Below, in pieces: positions 49,701 through 62,378 of a DNA stretch of 64,000 nucleotides (its first letter is position 1; each line of letters starts with the position of its first letter). Source of the stretch: Haliotis rufescens (lineage: Eukaryota). Location: assembly GCF_023055435.1 (NCBI RefSeq), contig NW_025963879.1, forward strand, positions 14,818,001 to 14,882,000, in the 5' to 3' direction. The notes under the pieces were generated by a model. It was not told where the DNA came from. It ran no database searches and saw only the letters and a program-made list of their open reading frames with translations. The translations under genes were made by a program, and so were the position numbers.

Positions 49701-52700
49701 AATTCAAGTTTACTAGTAGCCTACACTACACAATACAGGACCATAAAGGATAGGGAAAATCAAGTTTACCAGTAGCCTACACTGCACAATACAGGACCAT
49801 AAAGGATCGGGAAAATCACGTTTACTAGTAGCCTACACTACACAATACATGACCATAAAGGATGGGGAAAATCACGTTTACTAATAGCCTACACTGCACA
49901 ATACATGACCATAAAGGATGGGGAAAATCAAGTTTACTAGTAGCCTACACTGCACAATACAGGACCATAAAGAATGGGGAAAATCAAGTTTACTAGTAGC
50001 CTACACTACACAATACATGACCATAAAGGATGGGGAAAATCAAGTTTACCTAGTAGCCTACACTACACAATACAGGATCATAAAGGATGGGGGAAATCAC
50101 GTTTACTAGTAGCCTACACTACACAATACATGACCATAAAGGATGGGGAAAATCACGTTTACTAATAGCCTACACTACACAATACATGACCATAAAGAAT
50201 GGGGAAAATCAAGTTTACTAGTAGCCTACACTGCACAATACAGGACCACAAAGGATCGGGAAAATCAAGTTTACCAGTAGCCTACACTGCACAATACAGG
50301 ACCATAAAGGATCGGGAAAATCAAGTTTACTAGTAGCCTACACTGCACAATACAGGACCATAAAGGATGGGGAAAATCAAGTTTACTAGTAGCCTACACT
50401 GCACAATACAGGACCATAAAGGATGGGGAAAATCAAGTTTACTAGTAGCCTACACTGCACAATACAGGACCATAAAGGATGGGGAAAATCAAATTTACAA
50501 GTTACCTTTCCTGTACAATACTGGTCCATAAAGTATTGGAAAAATCAGGTTTACTAGTAGCCTCTGCATGACAATACTGGCTTAAAAATGGATTGGGACA
50601 TTATGGCTTATCTTAGTACGCTTCCCGTGTGAGTCAGTGAACTTAAACAGAGTAACGACGTGTATCTACGTATACCTGGGCGTCGAAGTCATTGGGGGTA
50701 TCAGTTGTGTATCCCCATGCTGTCATCCAAACTTCAGAATAACTGTGGAAGTCGATGAATCCCTTGAAGGTCACTCCGCTGTCCTTGATGAAGTCGGTGA
50801 CGCCCTTAATGACGGGTTCAGAGAACGCACTTGGGCCACGGTACGTCTCGGAGCAAGGATCTCCGCTTGATCCACTAGACTCTGTAATGAGAGTGAGTGA
50901 TTTGGTTTTCACTCCCCTTTGAATAGTATTCAGGTTATATTACAGAGTGTCAGCTTAATGTGGGAGAAAGTGCTAGAGTGACTCGTATTTCATGCTTAAG
51001 GATCAAAGATCATATTTAGGACGAAATTAGGATTGGGGCGACGATCTGAAGTGAGAGATGACGTGAGACGTTGTTAAGGCGTCTTTAAAAAGAAGATATT
51101 GATGATCATCGACGATCCACACATCCACTTGTAGAAGAAATGTCCATATTAATGCCAAAAATGCATTGACGTTGTTTTTATAATTGCACGTATCTCATGC
51201 AGCTGATGTGAAAAGGTTCAAAACTATTTTCATAGTCAAACGAGTCCATTCCACCACTTCAACTATGATATGCAAATGTGTTTATGTATCATTATCATTT
51301 AGTGATTATACCAGGTGTTCGCGAAAACGTGAGGGTAACCTGTCCCAAATGGTCGTCACAAATAAACACAGTTAAATGCAGTAACAAAGTGTTATAGGGG
51401 CCACGGGTGGCCCAGTCGTCTAAGGGGCCGCGATTCGCTGTGCACAGTTGCGTCCCCTGGGCACGCCAGAGACCTATGATTGTGGGTTCGAATCCCGGTT
51501 CGCCCCGATTATGTTTCTAGATTTGTCAGCACCATACCCGTGCTCGTGGGTTTCACCGAAGTGGTAAACATCTGAGACCTCAATCACTTCAAGCTTTCCT
51601 CCCACATTAAGCTGACACGCCGCGATATAACTTGAATAATGTTAAAAGCGGCGTTAAACCCAACTCACTCACTCACTTACAAAATGTTATAACCACAGGT
51701 TCAAAATATAAAAAAGACATGACAGTGCCGCATTAAAACTACTGGCTGGGTTTCTGAGCTGCGCAAATATACAAAGTAGTAATCATGTGATCAAGTAGTA
51801 CCAGCATGTTACCAGATGATAACTCTGTGATATGGTGCTTATATGTGATGGCGATGTCACATTTATGCATTATGAGTAGTACCTACCTCCCCACTGAAAC
51901 CCATAGTTCCTGTTTGGGTCGACTCCTTTACAAAGACCATGCTGTGTTCGCGTCTTCCTCCAGAGACGATCCTGCAAATTATCGTAACATGTTTATATGT
52001 GAGACACACGTCCATAAGTTTCTTTTTCTTGCAAATATACTGGAAAGTAAACAATTTGCCACATGAATTTCCGTTTCGTTCATAAATATGAAAAAAAAGA
52101 ACTATCTTTGTCATAAGGTGCTTCGAAGTTTGAAAGTAAACATTTTTTCATGCCTCCGTTCTCATCGAACTTTAATTTGGACCAATTCATATATTGACGC
52201 CTCGTCGTCATTTAAGTATTTCACCTCTATGTCTCAACCTATAGCCTTATATAATTTGAACGTCTAAATCCAGTGTTTAACAGTACTCAATGCATTCCCG
52301 TGTTATGAGATATTGATAACGAAGGTATGCCTTTAAGAACATATTCTGTCACATGGATATGAAAGTTTGGTCGTTTAATCACAAATGTGGAATAAGGTTA
52401 ACATGTTGCAACAAGTAAGGGTTATTATTTGAAGGATATTGTCAATACAATGCTTATTAAAGAAATCTCACGCCTGTCCAAGTGTAGGCATATCCATCGG
52501 CGTTGAGGACGGGGACAACGTAGATGTCAAATCCTTCCAGAATCTCTTTCACCTCTGGCCGTGTCGGGTACTGCTGCAGTAGCTGGTGAATCAATGCTGC
52601 ACCATATATATACCAATATATATCGTATTCTGTTTTATAATTTGTTCATTTTTTTCTGAATAATTACATGGTATTGCATTAATATTGCATCAATATATTC

Positions 52701-55700
52701 AAAGAAATAATTGAGTGAGTGAGTATGGTTTAACGCCTCTTGTAGCAATATTCCAGCAATATCACGACGGGGGACACCAGAAATTGGCTTCACACATTGT
52801 ATCCATGTCGGGAATCGAACCCGGGTCTTAGGCGTGACGAGCGAACGCTTTAACCACAAGCCTACCCGACCGCCCCTCAAAGAAATAAAGCTTGATCTCT
52901 ATTCTCTATTACAATTAATGGCTTAAGAATACTTTGTTATTATAAAATTATAAATACTTATACAATTTAGTGAGCTCCTTCCGTGTAAACTGGAGTGTTA
53001 ATGGATAGCAGCCTCCGCATTACAATACTGGCTCCAAAATGGCTCTATTATGGCTTATCTTATACGCTTCCCGTGTGAGGTGAAAATGATTCGTTTTGAC
53101 ACAATAATAATAAAGTTTAAAGTATTGTTATGTTTCGATAAACAGTCAAGAGGAACATTTTCTTTGGATCTTGTTACCAGGCTTTGCATTTTCTGCGATA
53201 TCGAAGTTTCCATGTCTCACCTGATGGAGCTCACTTTATTGCATTCCCTAAATGTATGCTTCATTAGAACAGTAGCTACATCTTGTAGTGTAGCATCCAA
53301 TTTTATTAAGAAGTTTTTTGGGCAAAATATGATGTAAATGTTGATACTAGAACCATTGTAGATTAGTTACGTTCGAGAAACTATACGGAATAGAATTGAC
53401 ACTCTTCCTGTCTTGTTCTCCAATATCGTATTCGTTACTGTTGAACAAAGTGTTTATTCAAATATTTTATCAACGGCACTGATAAATGTGTATCGGCAGC
53501 CGTGAGTACATCTCATACAGTAATGTATTTTTTATACACGTGTTAAGGTTTACCATTATTTTCAATGGTGCACTGTTTTACAGTTATTAGGGGTGGTAGG
53601 GTAGCCTGGTGGTCACGCCGATGGCCGGAGTCCGATTCCCCGCATGAGTACAATGTGTGAAGCCCATATTGGTGGCAAATTGTAAAAGGCGGCGTAAAAC
53701 CATACTCACTCACTCACTCATTTACAGTTATAAACTGACGGACAAAAGAAACCTTACAAGTGTTTAAATGTGGCTAAAATGAAACAAACAAGAAATGTTT
53801 ATTCGATGGTGACATATTTCATACGAATATCATAAATGCGATATCACATGCATCATATCAATGGTGACGTACACATAACGTCTCAAGGAACACGAGGAAC
53901 AAAATCACAGCAATGAGCAGAGTGAAGTGTGAAGTTTTGCCTGACACACACACACAAGCACGCACGCACGCACACACGCACGCACGCACGCACGCACGCA
54001 CGATTGTATGAGTGCAATAATCTATGACGCGACGTTAGACCCCATTTCACCTCACCCCCACTCACATTAAGCTAATGCGCCGTGACAAACATGTAGGTGA
54101 AAAACTGTAAGAATATCTTGCGACGATTAGATCCTCCGTGTGCTCTACCTACCTGTGCTGTGATGTAGATAACAGTGGCAGGAGAGATCCACTCCCGGGC
54201 GTGTATACCTCCCTGATACCACAGACTTGGCTTGGTTGCATTGCTCACCGATATCTGAAGACATCAAGCATAATGTCCCTATGTGCCTTTCTGAATATTA
54301 TCGCACATTTTCGTAACAATTACATAATGGATCACATAAAATGTCATATTACCCAACTAATATGTGACACGACATTTTAACTTGCAATGGATATTTCTGA
54401 TTCTATCATTCAAATGTATGTACATTCCATTCTTTGTTTAAAAGTTTTAATTCACAAATGACGACAAAACTACTGTAACAACAAACGTGTCCATGTACTT
54501 GTATAATACACAACTGTATAGACATGTATGTAACACTAGTCTATACCTCAACAGTGCATGTATGCTACACGCAATCTGTGCAACTGTCCATTGTGCATAG
54601 GTCAGGCCGTTTGCCCAATGTACGCAATGTGCAAACAATTATCTGTTCATTTTATGCAATGGGCAGGAAATTGTGAAAGAAAAAGAATTCTCCATATATT
54701 TGACAATATGGGAAACCAGCTTGCTCATTTTACGCAATGTGCAGGAAATTGTTCTGCCCAAAGCACGCAATTGAAATAAGTATTGTTATACATGATTTGT
54801 TTTTAATAAAGTAAACGCTATTATTAAGTGAATAAACTGTAATAAATAACAAACAAACAAACAAACAAATTTGTGATCTTTAGAAACTTTATTTTTACAT
54901 AATAACACTTTGTCCGTTTGACTTCTGTGAATAAGATTTTAAAACTCATACACGTCACTGTCCATTGCACAGATTGGGTGTAAAATATACATTGTACTGT
55001 AGGCCCACGGGCTCCTAAGTATGGAAATGAAACAACTGAATTGAAGAAGATAAATGATATCATATCATGTCTACCAGAAGTCTACTATCATGATGAACAA
55101 TTACCTTTAGACCGCGGACGTTTCTGCCCTCGTATGTTTGGGACGCCGTAATCACACTGACCAAGTCGGGATATTCAGCTGCTATGTCGGTAATCCACTG
55201 GTTGACCTGGTGGCGGAGGGACATAAAACTGTAATAATGGTTGACTCATATCAATAAAATACATTACTAAGTAAACAAATTGCAAGTGATTTCGTAGCAC
55301 TTGAGTAGGTAACCAAGCAATTTTTTGCCTTAATGTTTCCATAAACCGAAATAAAATAGTCCACACCAACTACCGGTCTGTTGTTTCCTGATTGGCTAAA
55401 AAGAATGGGTGGGAGGTGAGGTTGCATTATTGCGCTGAAGGATGTCACTGATTTCGTACTGTTGTCTACATTTGTTGCGTTTGCATGATAAAATAAGCAG
55501 TCTGTGAAGTTATTTTGGTTGGCGAATTTATTCATAACAATTGACTTTAACATGTTTTGTGCTTATGTATATATTGAAATCAATTCTTTACATAAAACTG
55601 TTCACTTCCATCTCAGACCCGTGAAGATTCCGGGGTAGAATAGGTCTTCAGCAACCCATACTTACCGTAAAAGGCGTCTATGCTTGTCGTAAAAGGCGAC

Positions 55701-56809
55701 TAACGGGATCGGGTGGTCAGGCTTACTGACTTGGTTGATACAGGTCATCGATCCCAAATTGCGTGGATCGATGCTCATGATGTCAAGCAGTGGATTGTCT
55801 GGTTCAGACTCGATTATTTTACAGACCGCCGTCATATAGCTGGAATATTGCTGTGTGCGGCGTTAAGCAACCAGCAAACAAAACAAAACAAAAAACTTCC
55901 ATCTTAATTTCGTGTTCAATGAATGTATGACATACTAACCCCAACAATCACCAATCATGGTTCGTGAAATACCGCACTATAGTTAGAGGCATATACATGT
56001 ACGTCCACAGAAAAAGGACAAAATGTCAAGAGGTTTCTAAACATATTTTGAGGCCAACACCTTTGCATGAATGAGTGAGTAATATGGTAAGTGGTAATAT
56101 TCCAGCACAATGACGGTGGGGATTCACACATTGACTCGTTACAGGAGTCTTTATCTTCGGCCATAGAAAGGAACCATTACCTCGTCAAAGTCATGGTATT
56201 TTCCATAATCGAAATCAATTGCGCTGGTAGACTTGTTGTTTGATTGTCGTTGTTTCTGCGCGGCGACCTCGACATCTTTCACCATCACTTCGTATTGCAG
56301 ACCGTAAAAGTGCAACCACATGGTCATGGTGTTAAAGTCTTCTGGGGTGACCCGGAAGTCAAAGGGACTACCTACACCATTGCTGCTCCGCCAGATGTCT
56401 GCCTGTGGGTGTGCAGTAGAAGTTCATGTGTTGGGGATGTTGACATCAATATTCCGAACATCGTCACTTTTCTTTTATATACCATATAAGAATACAATTC
56501 ATTTTATATTTGGGAGTGCGACTGGTTGCTTTCATATATATATCATAGTAATGTTCTAACTCTCAGGCGCAATATAGCAAAAAATAAATAAGTGGAGTAA
56601 AATTGAACACATATTTAATTGGCTAGCGCTTTTAACACGTACCATGTACGAGTATCACCAGGCCATAACTGATTAACTGATGTGGTAAATCAGTTATTGC
56701 CTGTTGATATATACCAATGATATGTTTTATCGAATCATCAGGGAGAATGAAGTTGCACTGATTATGACGTTATGCGACAGTTACACAGGTTATGACGTCA
56801 GAGGAGGTA

Positions 56810-56896
<87 letters not shown>

Positions 56897-59800
56897 ATCC
56901 CTTTTCAGCAAAACACAACGCTGAATACCTCCTCCGACGTCATAACCTGTGTTTGGGATAACACTCTCTTGGTAAAGTAAAGATTCTAGGCGAGCCTACT
57001 TCTAGGCGTGTAGGTGCCTCACTCGGGGAGTGTGGGTCTGAATCCCGGATGGGACGAACATCACAAAGGGTTTTAAATATAATGCAAATAAACTTACATA
57101 CATTTATAGGATTTATAGGATTATCGATGAATACTTTAGCTCTGATTGATTTTAACTATTTTAACTATTAATGATTCACTTGTTAGAATCACCTGATAGT
57201 ATAATGTGCTTTCTTTAATGGGATGTAATTCTTAAATGTATTGAAAGTTAAATTATTGTGTATATACATGATCCTTTTCTCCAAAAGCCTCCAACTTCTG
57301 AACTCTTCTATATTCAGCCAATGTTTTGGGAACAACTCTCAGCACCCGGTGTCTAAAAGGAAATATTGTCACTTATGATTATAGTGCTTTTAAACAGAAT
57401 ATGTGGCCAACCATGAGATAAGGGACCCTGTGGGTGAAAAATCACATTTTGACCTTTCATAATATTTTGAAACTACAGCATCTTCGGAACACAAAAATAC
57501 AATTTACAATTGAATCAGAACACTCATAAGGTCCCCTTTCTCTTGGAGCACACATACCAGGTCACATATATTGAGGTCATAACAAATCATGGTTATCTTG
57601 AAGAAAGTTACCATGTTAATCTGCTAGTACTTCCAGCAAAGAGGCGCGGTGGCCCAGTCGTCAATGGAACCGCATTTCGCTTTGTAGACTTGTAGACCCT
57701 TAGGCGTGCCAGGAACCAATGGTCGTGGGTTCCAATCCAAGATTCGCCCTGACTATGTGTCTAGGTTTCTGATTATGTTCCTAGATTTGTCAGCACCACG
57801 CCCGAGCTCATGGGTTTCACCAAAGCGGTAAACATCTGTGACCAGTATCACTTTCTTTCTTACCTCCAACACCAAGCTGACACGCCGTGATATAATTGAA
57901 ACGCTGTGAAAAGCGGCGTTAAACCAAACTTACTCACGCCCAGGCAGAACGTAATTCACATCCTAACATAAACTAATATACAAATATATTAACATGAAAT
58001 ACCGTGCACAAGTAAGCAATAATAAATTGTGTCTGCGTCAGCTGTACATGACGCCAACATTTGATGTCAGTATGGGTGAGTGCGCTGAAAGGATCACCAT
58101 TGTCACTGCAATTCTACTATTTAAAACCTTGAATCAGCTCCTTTTTGATCAGATCCTACTCGTAGAAACAGTGCGAGCAGACTGGGAGCAGCGTATGAGG
58201 ACCTTCATTCACAGAGCATTATGAGGCCACTTTTCCAAAAACTTGGTTTCCTTATTTTTAAATAATATTGAAATAAATATGAAAATACAATTTAATTGTT
58301 TCTTTTGAGTGATCGCATGATCTCCATCGTGTGAAGCTCACGAGAAAGTATTTTTGAATCAGGCAAAGCCAAGTGGTTACTTTCCTTGCCATGATAATCA
58401 TGACATCTTGCATTTCTGAAGTTAGTTAACAAACCCCTTGGTAAATACATAAGGTAAATATAGTAAATTAAGAAAAAGTTAAGGTAATAAATTAAGAAAA
58501 ACGACTGTTCTGAAATTGTTTTCTATTCCCCATTTGTGGAGCAATTAAAAAGAACGTTTTGTGATACAATGATGGATCAAGGTATTCGGAAACATGACAC
58601 GTCTTGCTCTTCCAGTAGCACCCATCTTGCATGAGGGTTGATGTAAAACAAGAAAGGAACCTATGAATAAATTTATCTGTTCAGTGAAACGAAATTGGAT
58701 TGAACAATCACGTAACAACTGTTTTTCATTAACAGAGTAGAACGAAGTCGGATTGAATTTCCCATCTGTGCTCTAAGTTCTCATATATAATTCGCGCAAT
58801 GATTGTTAATTAGAAACCACATGCTGCTGAAATAGCACCGGTAATTGGAAAAGTGTGGTATGTTGCTAGTTCGCTTAGTCTGCGCAGAAAGGTAACACGC
58901 CGATCCAAACACAAACTTCGCATTCTGAACAACCGTACACATCTCATACACAATCTAATGGATACGAAACATATAACGTCAACACGGGAGAACAATCAGT
59001 CTCGATTATCTGCCAAAAGAAATATCTTTCTCCCTAAAAGAACAGACACAAGTGAAAAAGATTTCGAAGTTACGTTTCGAATCATGCCAACCAAGAATGG
59101 TTCACTCGAGTCTAATCGGCTTATGCCGTTGCCTACATACTTCTTCGGACAGCATTAAATAATAACAAATACCACATATTGCCACTGCAGTCTGTGAATC
59201 GCTATGTTCTGCCACTTGTACATGTAGTTCCTGTATGACCAACTTATTGTATACTTGGAAAAGTAAGCATGAAAAAAGCAACACAATCATTTACATCGGG
59301 GAAACAGGTTTGGTTGTCATGTGACTTTTCGCGATCATCCTGTCCTCACTATGTGATAGGGATCTATAAACACATGCTCATGATGTAGCCAGAATCCTAC
59401 AATCGTTTCTTATGTTGGTGGAAAAGGGTTTGTTGCATTCATAGTATTGAACCATTACCAATGTAGATTTCCCCTAATGCAGATCGAGGTAATGTGTTGG
59501 ACGCGGGGAGTGAGACTGGTTGTCAGTGAGTACGACAATTCGAAATCCTGGGCCCCGTTCCACAAAACTATCTTAGCGCTAAGGTGATCGTAACTCCCAT
59601 ACTTTAACACCGGCTTACGATGGTCGTAGCGCTAAGGTGATCGTAACTCCCATACTTTAACACCGGCTTACGATGGTCGTAGCGCTAAGGTGATCGTAAC
59701 TCCCATACTTTAACACCGGCTTACGATGGTCGTAGCGCTAAGGTGATCGTAACTCCCATACTTTAACACCGGCTTACGATGGTCGTAGCGCTAAGATCGC

Positions 59801-60571
59801 TTTGTGGAACGGGGCCCTGCCCTGTAGAAACTGCTCCACAAAACGTGGTTAAAATAGTAAATAAATGATGATATAGTAAATAAATAGATGATGTTTTGTG
59901 CAGTCTGAGCTGTGATGCAGAACAGTCATGAAGGGAAAAAAATGCGTATTCACCAATCAGCAGGTCAGGACAAAAAGACACTAGATCAGGAACAAGGACG
60001 ATAAGTTATTTATCTTCTGAAAGGGATCTTATCTGGACAATGTACGATAAACTCTTCTACTTCATGATAAATACTTCCTTAACGACCCCTTATGCCGAGC
60101 ACCAGACAGGGTAACAAGTACATGTCAATCTTTTAACGTCTTTTGGTAAGTCGCGGCCGGTGATCGAACCCTGGACCTTCCCCTCTTCGAACGCTCTACC
60201 ACTGGACCACGGAGGCGGTTCTTAATGTCGGGACTACTGTCATTGATCGCGAAGATCAGTAAGAAAATATGTTAAAAATGAAATAGTTGTTTGTATTTCC
60301 ATGTCAAATGCATGTATATCTCGTCGTGTGACCAGCTAAGGTGATACTTTCATGCCGCAGATAAAGAGACAAAAACATGGTATTTGAAGTATGGACAAAA
60401 GAAAAAGTGCCCAATGCAACAATGAAAAACAGACTGAACATTTGTTTACTGAAAATAAATGCAACGAATATGATTGGACTGGTGTGCAGGGAGGACTCAC
60501 CCATCGTATCTGACCACTGCGTGGACACATGTCCAGCCAGCAAGAAGCAGCAAGACGCCTGACCTGAACAT
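46722..60571 (-). CDS. Second zinc carboxypeptidase A/B-like preproenzyme (M14A), 417 aa. Exons 60571-60501, 57352-57268, 56402-56181, 55206-55105, 54254-54153, 52582-52472, 51971-51887, 50881-50676, 48515-48431, 46906-46722
   Basis: Signal peptide MFRSGVLLLLAGWTCVHA. Motifs GIHAREW, LWRKTR, DPNRNY, DFHSYSE, LYIANGNAVDW and TPELRD. GT-AG introns have the same phases as the + strand paralog; 1254 nt in frame. Confidence 0.95.
47172..47592. mobile_element. TIR MITE family E, inverted relative to 41492-41905
   Basis: atatgtgagccacaaagagaaaggg..aaggtcccttatcctatggttggtcacat; the internal sequence is the reverse complement of the 41.5-kb copy. Confidence 0.75.
47786..48053 (+). mobile_element. 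Non-tRNA retroposon family D (RTE 5'UTR-like head, shared SINE tail)
   Basis: tatgcttgtcgtaagaggcgactaacgggatc head; gctggaatattgctgagtgcggcgttaaac(AAAC)n tail; TSD ATTCATTCCAGG. Confidence 0.85.
48960..50500. repeat. Minisatellite, ~56-bp unit, about 27 copies, in CPA(-) intron 8
   Basis: Unit ggaaaatcaagtttactagtagcctacactacacaatacaggaccataaaggatcg; degenerate edges extend to ~48780 and ~50640. Confidence 0.95.
51397..51678 (+). mobile_element. SINE family A, full length
   Basis: A/B boxes and tail; TSD acaaa(g/a)tgttata. Confidence 0.9.
52712..52877 (-). mobile_element. SINE family B, full length
   Basis: TSD TCAAAGAAATAA. Confidence 0.9.
53589..53720 (+). mobile_element. SINE family B, degenerate
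   Basis: Family B head and tail; TSD tttacagttat. Confidence 0.78.
53944..54002. repeat. (CA)n/(GCAC)n microsatellite
   Basis: Read directly from the sequence. Confidence 0.9.
55614..55894 (+). mobile_element. Retroposon family D
   Basis: Near identity to 47786-48053; TSD ACTTCCATCT. Confidence 0.85.
56813..56896. repeat. (TA)n(TG)n microsatellite
   Basis: Read directly from the sequence. Confidence 0.95.
57400..57570. mobile_element. TIR MITE family E, internally deleted
   Basis: tatgtggccaaccatgagataagggac..aaggtcccctttctcttggagcacacata. Confidence 0.68.
57645..57937 (+). mobile_element. SINE family A, diverged
   Basis: ggtggcccagtcgtc..gtgggttccaatcc..ctgacacgccgtgatata..gcggcgttaaacc. 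Confidence 0.8.
59550..59817. mobile_element. MITE with perfect 17-bp TIRs enclosing four identical 53-bp units
   Basis: GGGCCCCGTTCCACAAA (59550-59566) / TTTGTGGAACGGGGCCC (59801-59817); units start at 59575, 59628, 59681 and 59734. Confidence 0.88.
60085..60220 (-). mobile_element. SINE family C, 5' half
   Basis: gccgagcaccagacagggtaac..ttttaacgtcttttggt..accacggaggcgg. Confidence 0.78.
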
Positions 60572-60641
60572 CGTGAATGGCGGTGTGGGGACGTCGTTAG
60601 CCTGACAATGCCAACCAGATGTCTCTTCACAAGCTGGGGAG

Positions 60642-60659
60642 ATAGATAGCGCTATCTAT
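60642..60659. promoter_or_regulatory. Perfect 18-bp palindrome with two GATA sites upstream of the CPA(-) ATG
   Basis: ATAGATAGCGCTATCTAT, ~70 bp 5' of the ATG at 60571. Confidence 0.45.
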
Positions 60660-60999
60660 GACTTTGCATTTCGTTCAAAACATAGGATCACAAACACACC
60701 ATATTGTTCCTTCCATTTGCCAATGATGATTTGCAAGACTGCTTCGGTAAAAACATATTGATCCGACGTATTATGAAATAAACTTTTTCGTCACATTAAT
60801 GTAATTTACGTTACGTTTTTTGAAACGGACTTTTTGGTGGTTCAAACATATTGGTACAATTGAATTCATAAGATTCGTGATTTTAAGATGTACAATTTCA
60901 ATGTTGGAATGAAACATGTTCAATGCTGTGCTCGTTCCGGGTATCAAAATATTTCAGCAGCTATTCAAAATACCTTTACAAAAAAACATTAGGAACTTA

Positions 61000-61441
61000 T
61001 GATCTCATCATAATGAACGAATGGTAAAGAATCGTTAAACACTATGAATACAATAAGGTCATTGAATGATGAAGAATCATTACACATTATGAATACAGTA
61101 AGGTCATTGAATGATGAAGAATCGTTACACATTATGAATACAGTAAGGTCGTTGAATGATGAAGAATCATTACACATTATGAATACAGTAAGGTCATTGA
61201 ATGATGAAGAATCGTTAAACATTATGAATACAGTAAGGTCATTGAATGATGAAGAATCGTTAAACATTATGAATACAGTAAGGTCATTGAATGATGAAGA
61301 ATCGTTACACATTATGAATACAGTAAGGTCATTGAATGATGAAGAATCGTTAAACATTGTGAGTACAGTAAGGTCATTGAATGATGAAGAATCGTTAAAC
61401 ATTATGAATACAGTAAGGTTATTGAATGATGAAGAATCGTT
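61000..61441. repeat. Minisatellite, 45-bp unit, about 9 copies, upstream of CPA(-)
   Basis: Unit attatgaatacagtaaggtcattgaatgatgaagaatcgttaaac. Confidence 0.95.
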
Positions 61442-62378
61442 GGTGAGTCCATTGTACGATTCTGACTACATCATTGGCATGTGGATCATGATCAAATACT
61501 GATAAGACCAGGTGTTCGCGAAAAAGTCCATGCATCCTGCCTCACCGGTAAAACCCGTCATAAACACATGCAAAGACAAGGCAATTTCTCACCTAAAACA
61601 AACACTGGAAACTATGGCACAAGTCAAAATAGGGAATTGCATCATTCCTGTCACAAAAGGGTCACATTTCGGAAAAACGCGCTTAACCTTTTTCCAGTTG
61701 GTACATTCCAGAGTTTGGAGAGACGATGAGTAAAAAGGAAACTTGCTGATAACATTTGTCTGTCACAATGTCTATAAAACATCATGTGTTCTTAGATTTG
61801 TGGGATGTTTTCGATGCGCAGAAATGTTAACATTGAAACCCCCGACTATAGCAGTCGGTTCCGAATGAAGTTTCCCGGTATTAAATATGCAAAAACACAC
61901 GCAAATCTGAAAACACATAATGTTTATCTCTTACCTCGTTTACCAGTGAATAGAACATAGCATAAACAAAGAATATAAACAACATATTCTGCCGGGAAAC
62001 CACAAAATGGATTAAACCAAAACATTTCAAACGTTATGTAACGTTACTTGTCTGAAAACATTCGCCGAAACACTGCAAACTTAAGGTTCAAAACACAACT
62101 ATGATACCGCTATCAAACACATCACCCTCGAATAACCATTTCTACTGTTTAATTTTTTGGCCACCATTAAACATAGATGTATGCTTTCTTTTACAATTTT
62201 CGAGACCACCTGGTATCATCACTATTTTATCATGATTTATAAACACATGCCCATGATGTGTCGGAATCGTACAGTCGACGATTATAAATATGGAAAGGGT
62301 TTTGTCGGTTTTTTTCATGTATGCAGAGGGTGTACCAGGGCGTCCGGGGATTTCGGGGAGTCCGGGGAAGGAACTATG

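Noticed and set aside
48960-50500. CRISPR-like appearance of the 56-bp and 53-bp arrays
   Set aside because: No unique spacers and no cas genes; eukaryotic intronic tandem repeats
58140-58210. Candidate first exon of CPA(-) (ATG AAG GTC CTC..)
   Set aside because: No signal peptide or phase-2 donor; 60571-60501 fits exactly
60989-61502. Repetitive ORFs on both strands (IMNTVRSLNDEESLH)n
   Set aside because: By-product of a 45-bp (multiple of 3) minisatellite; no splice or domain support
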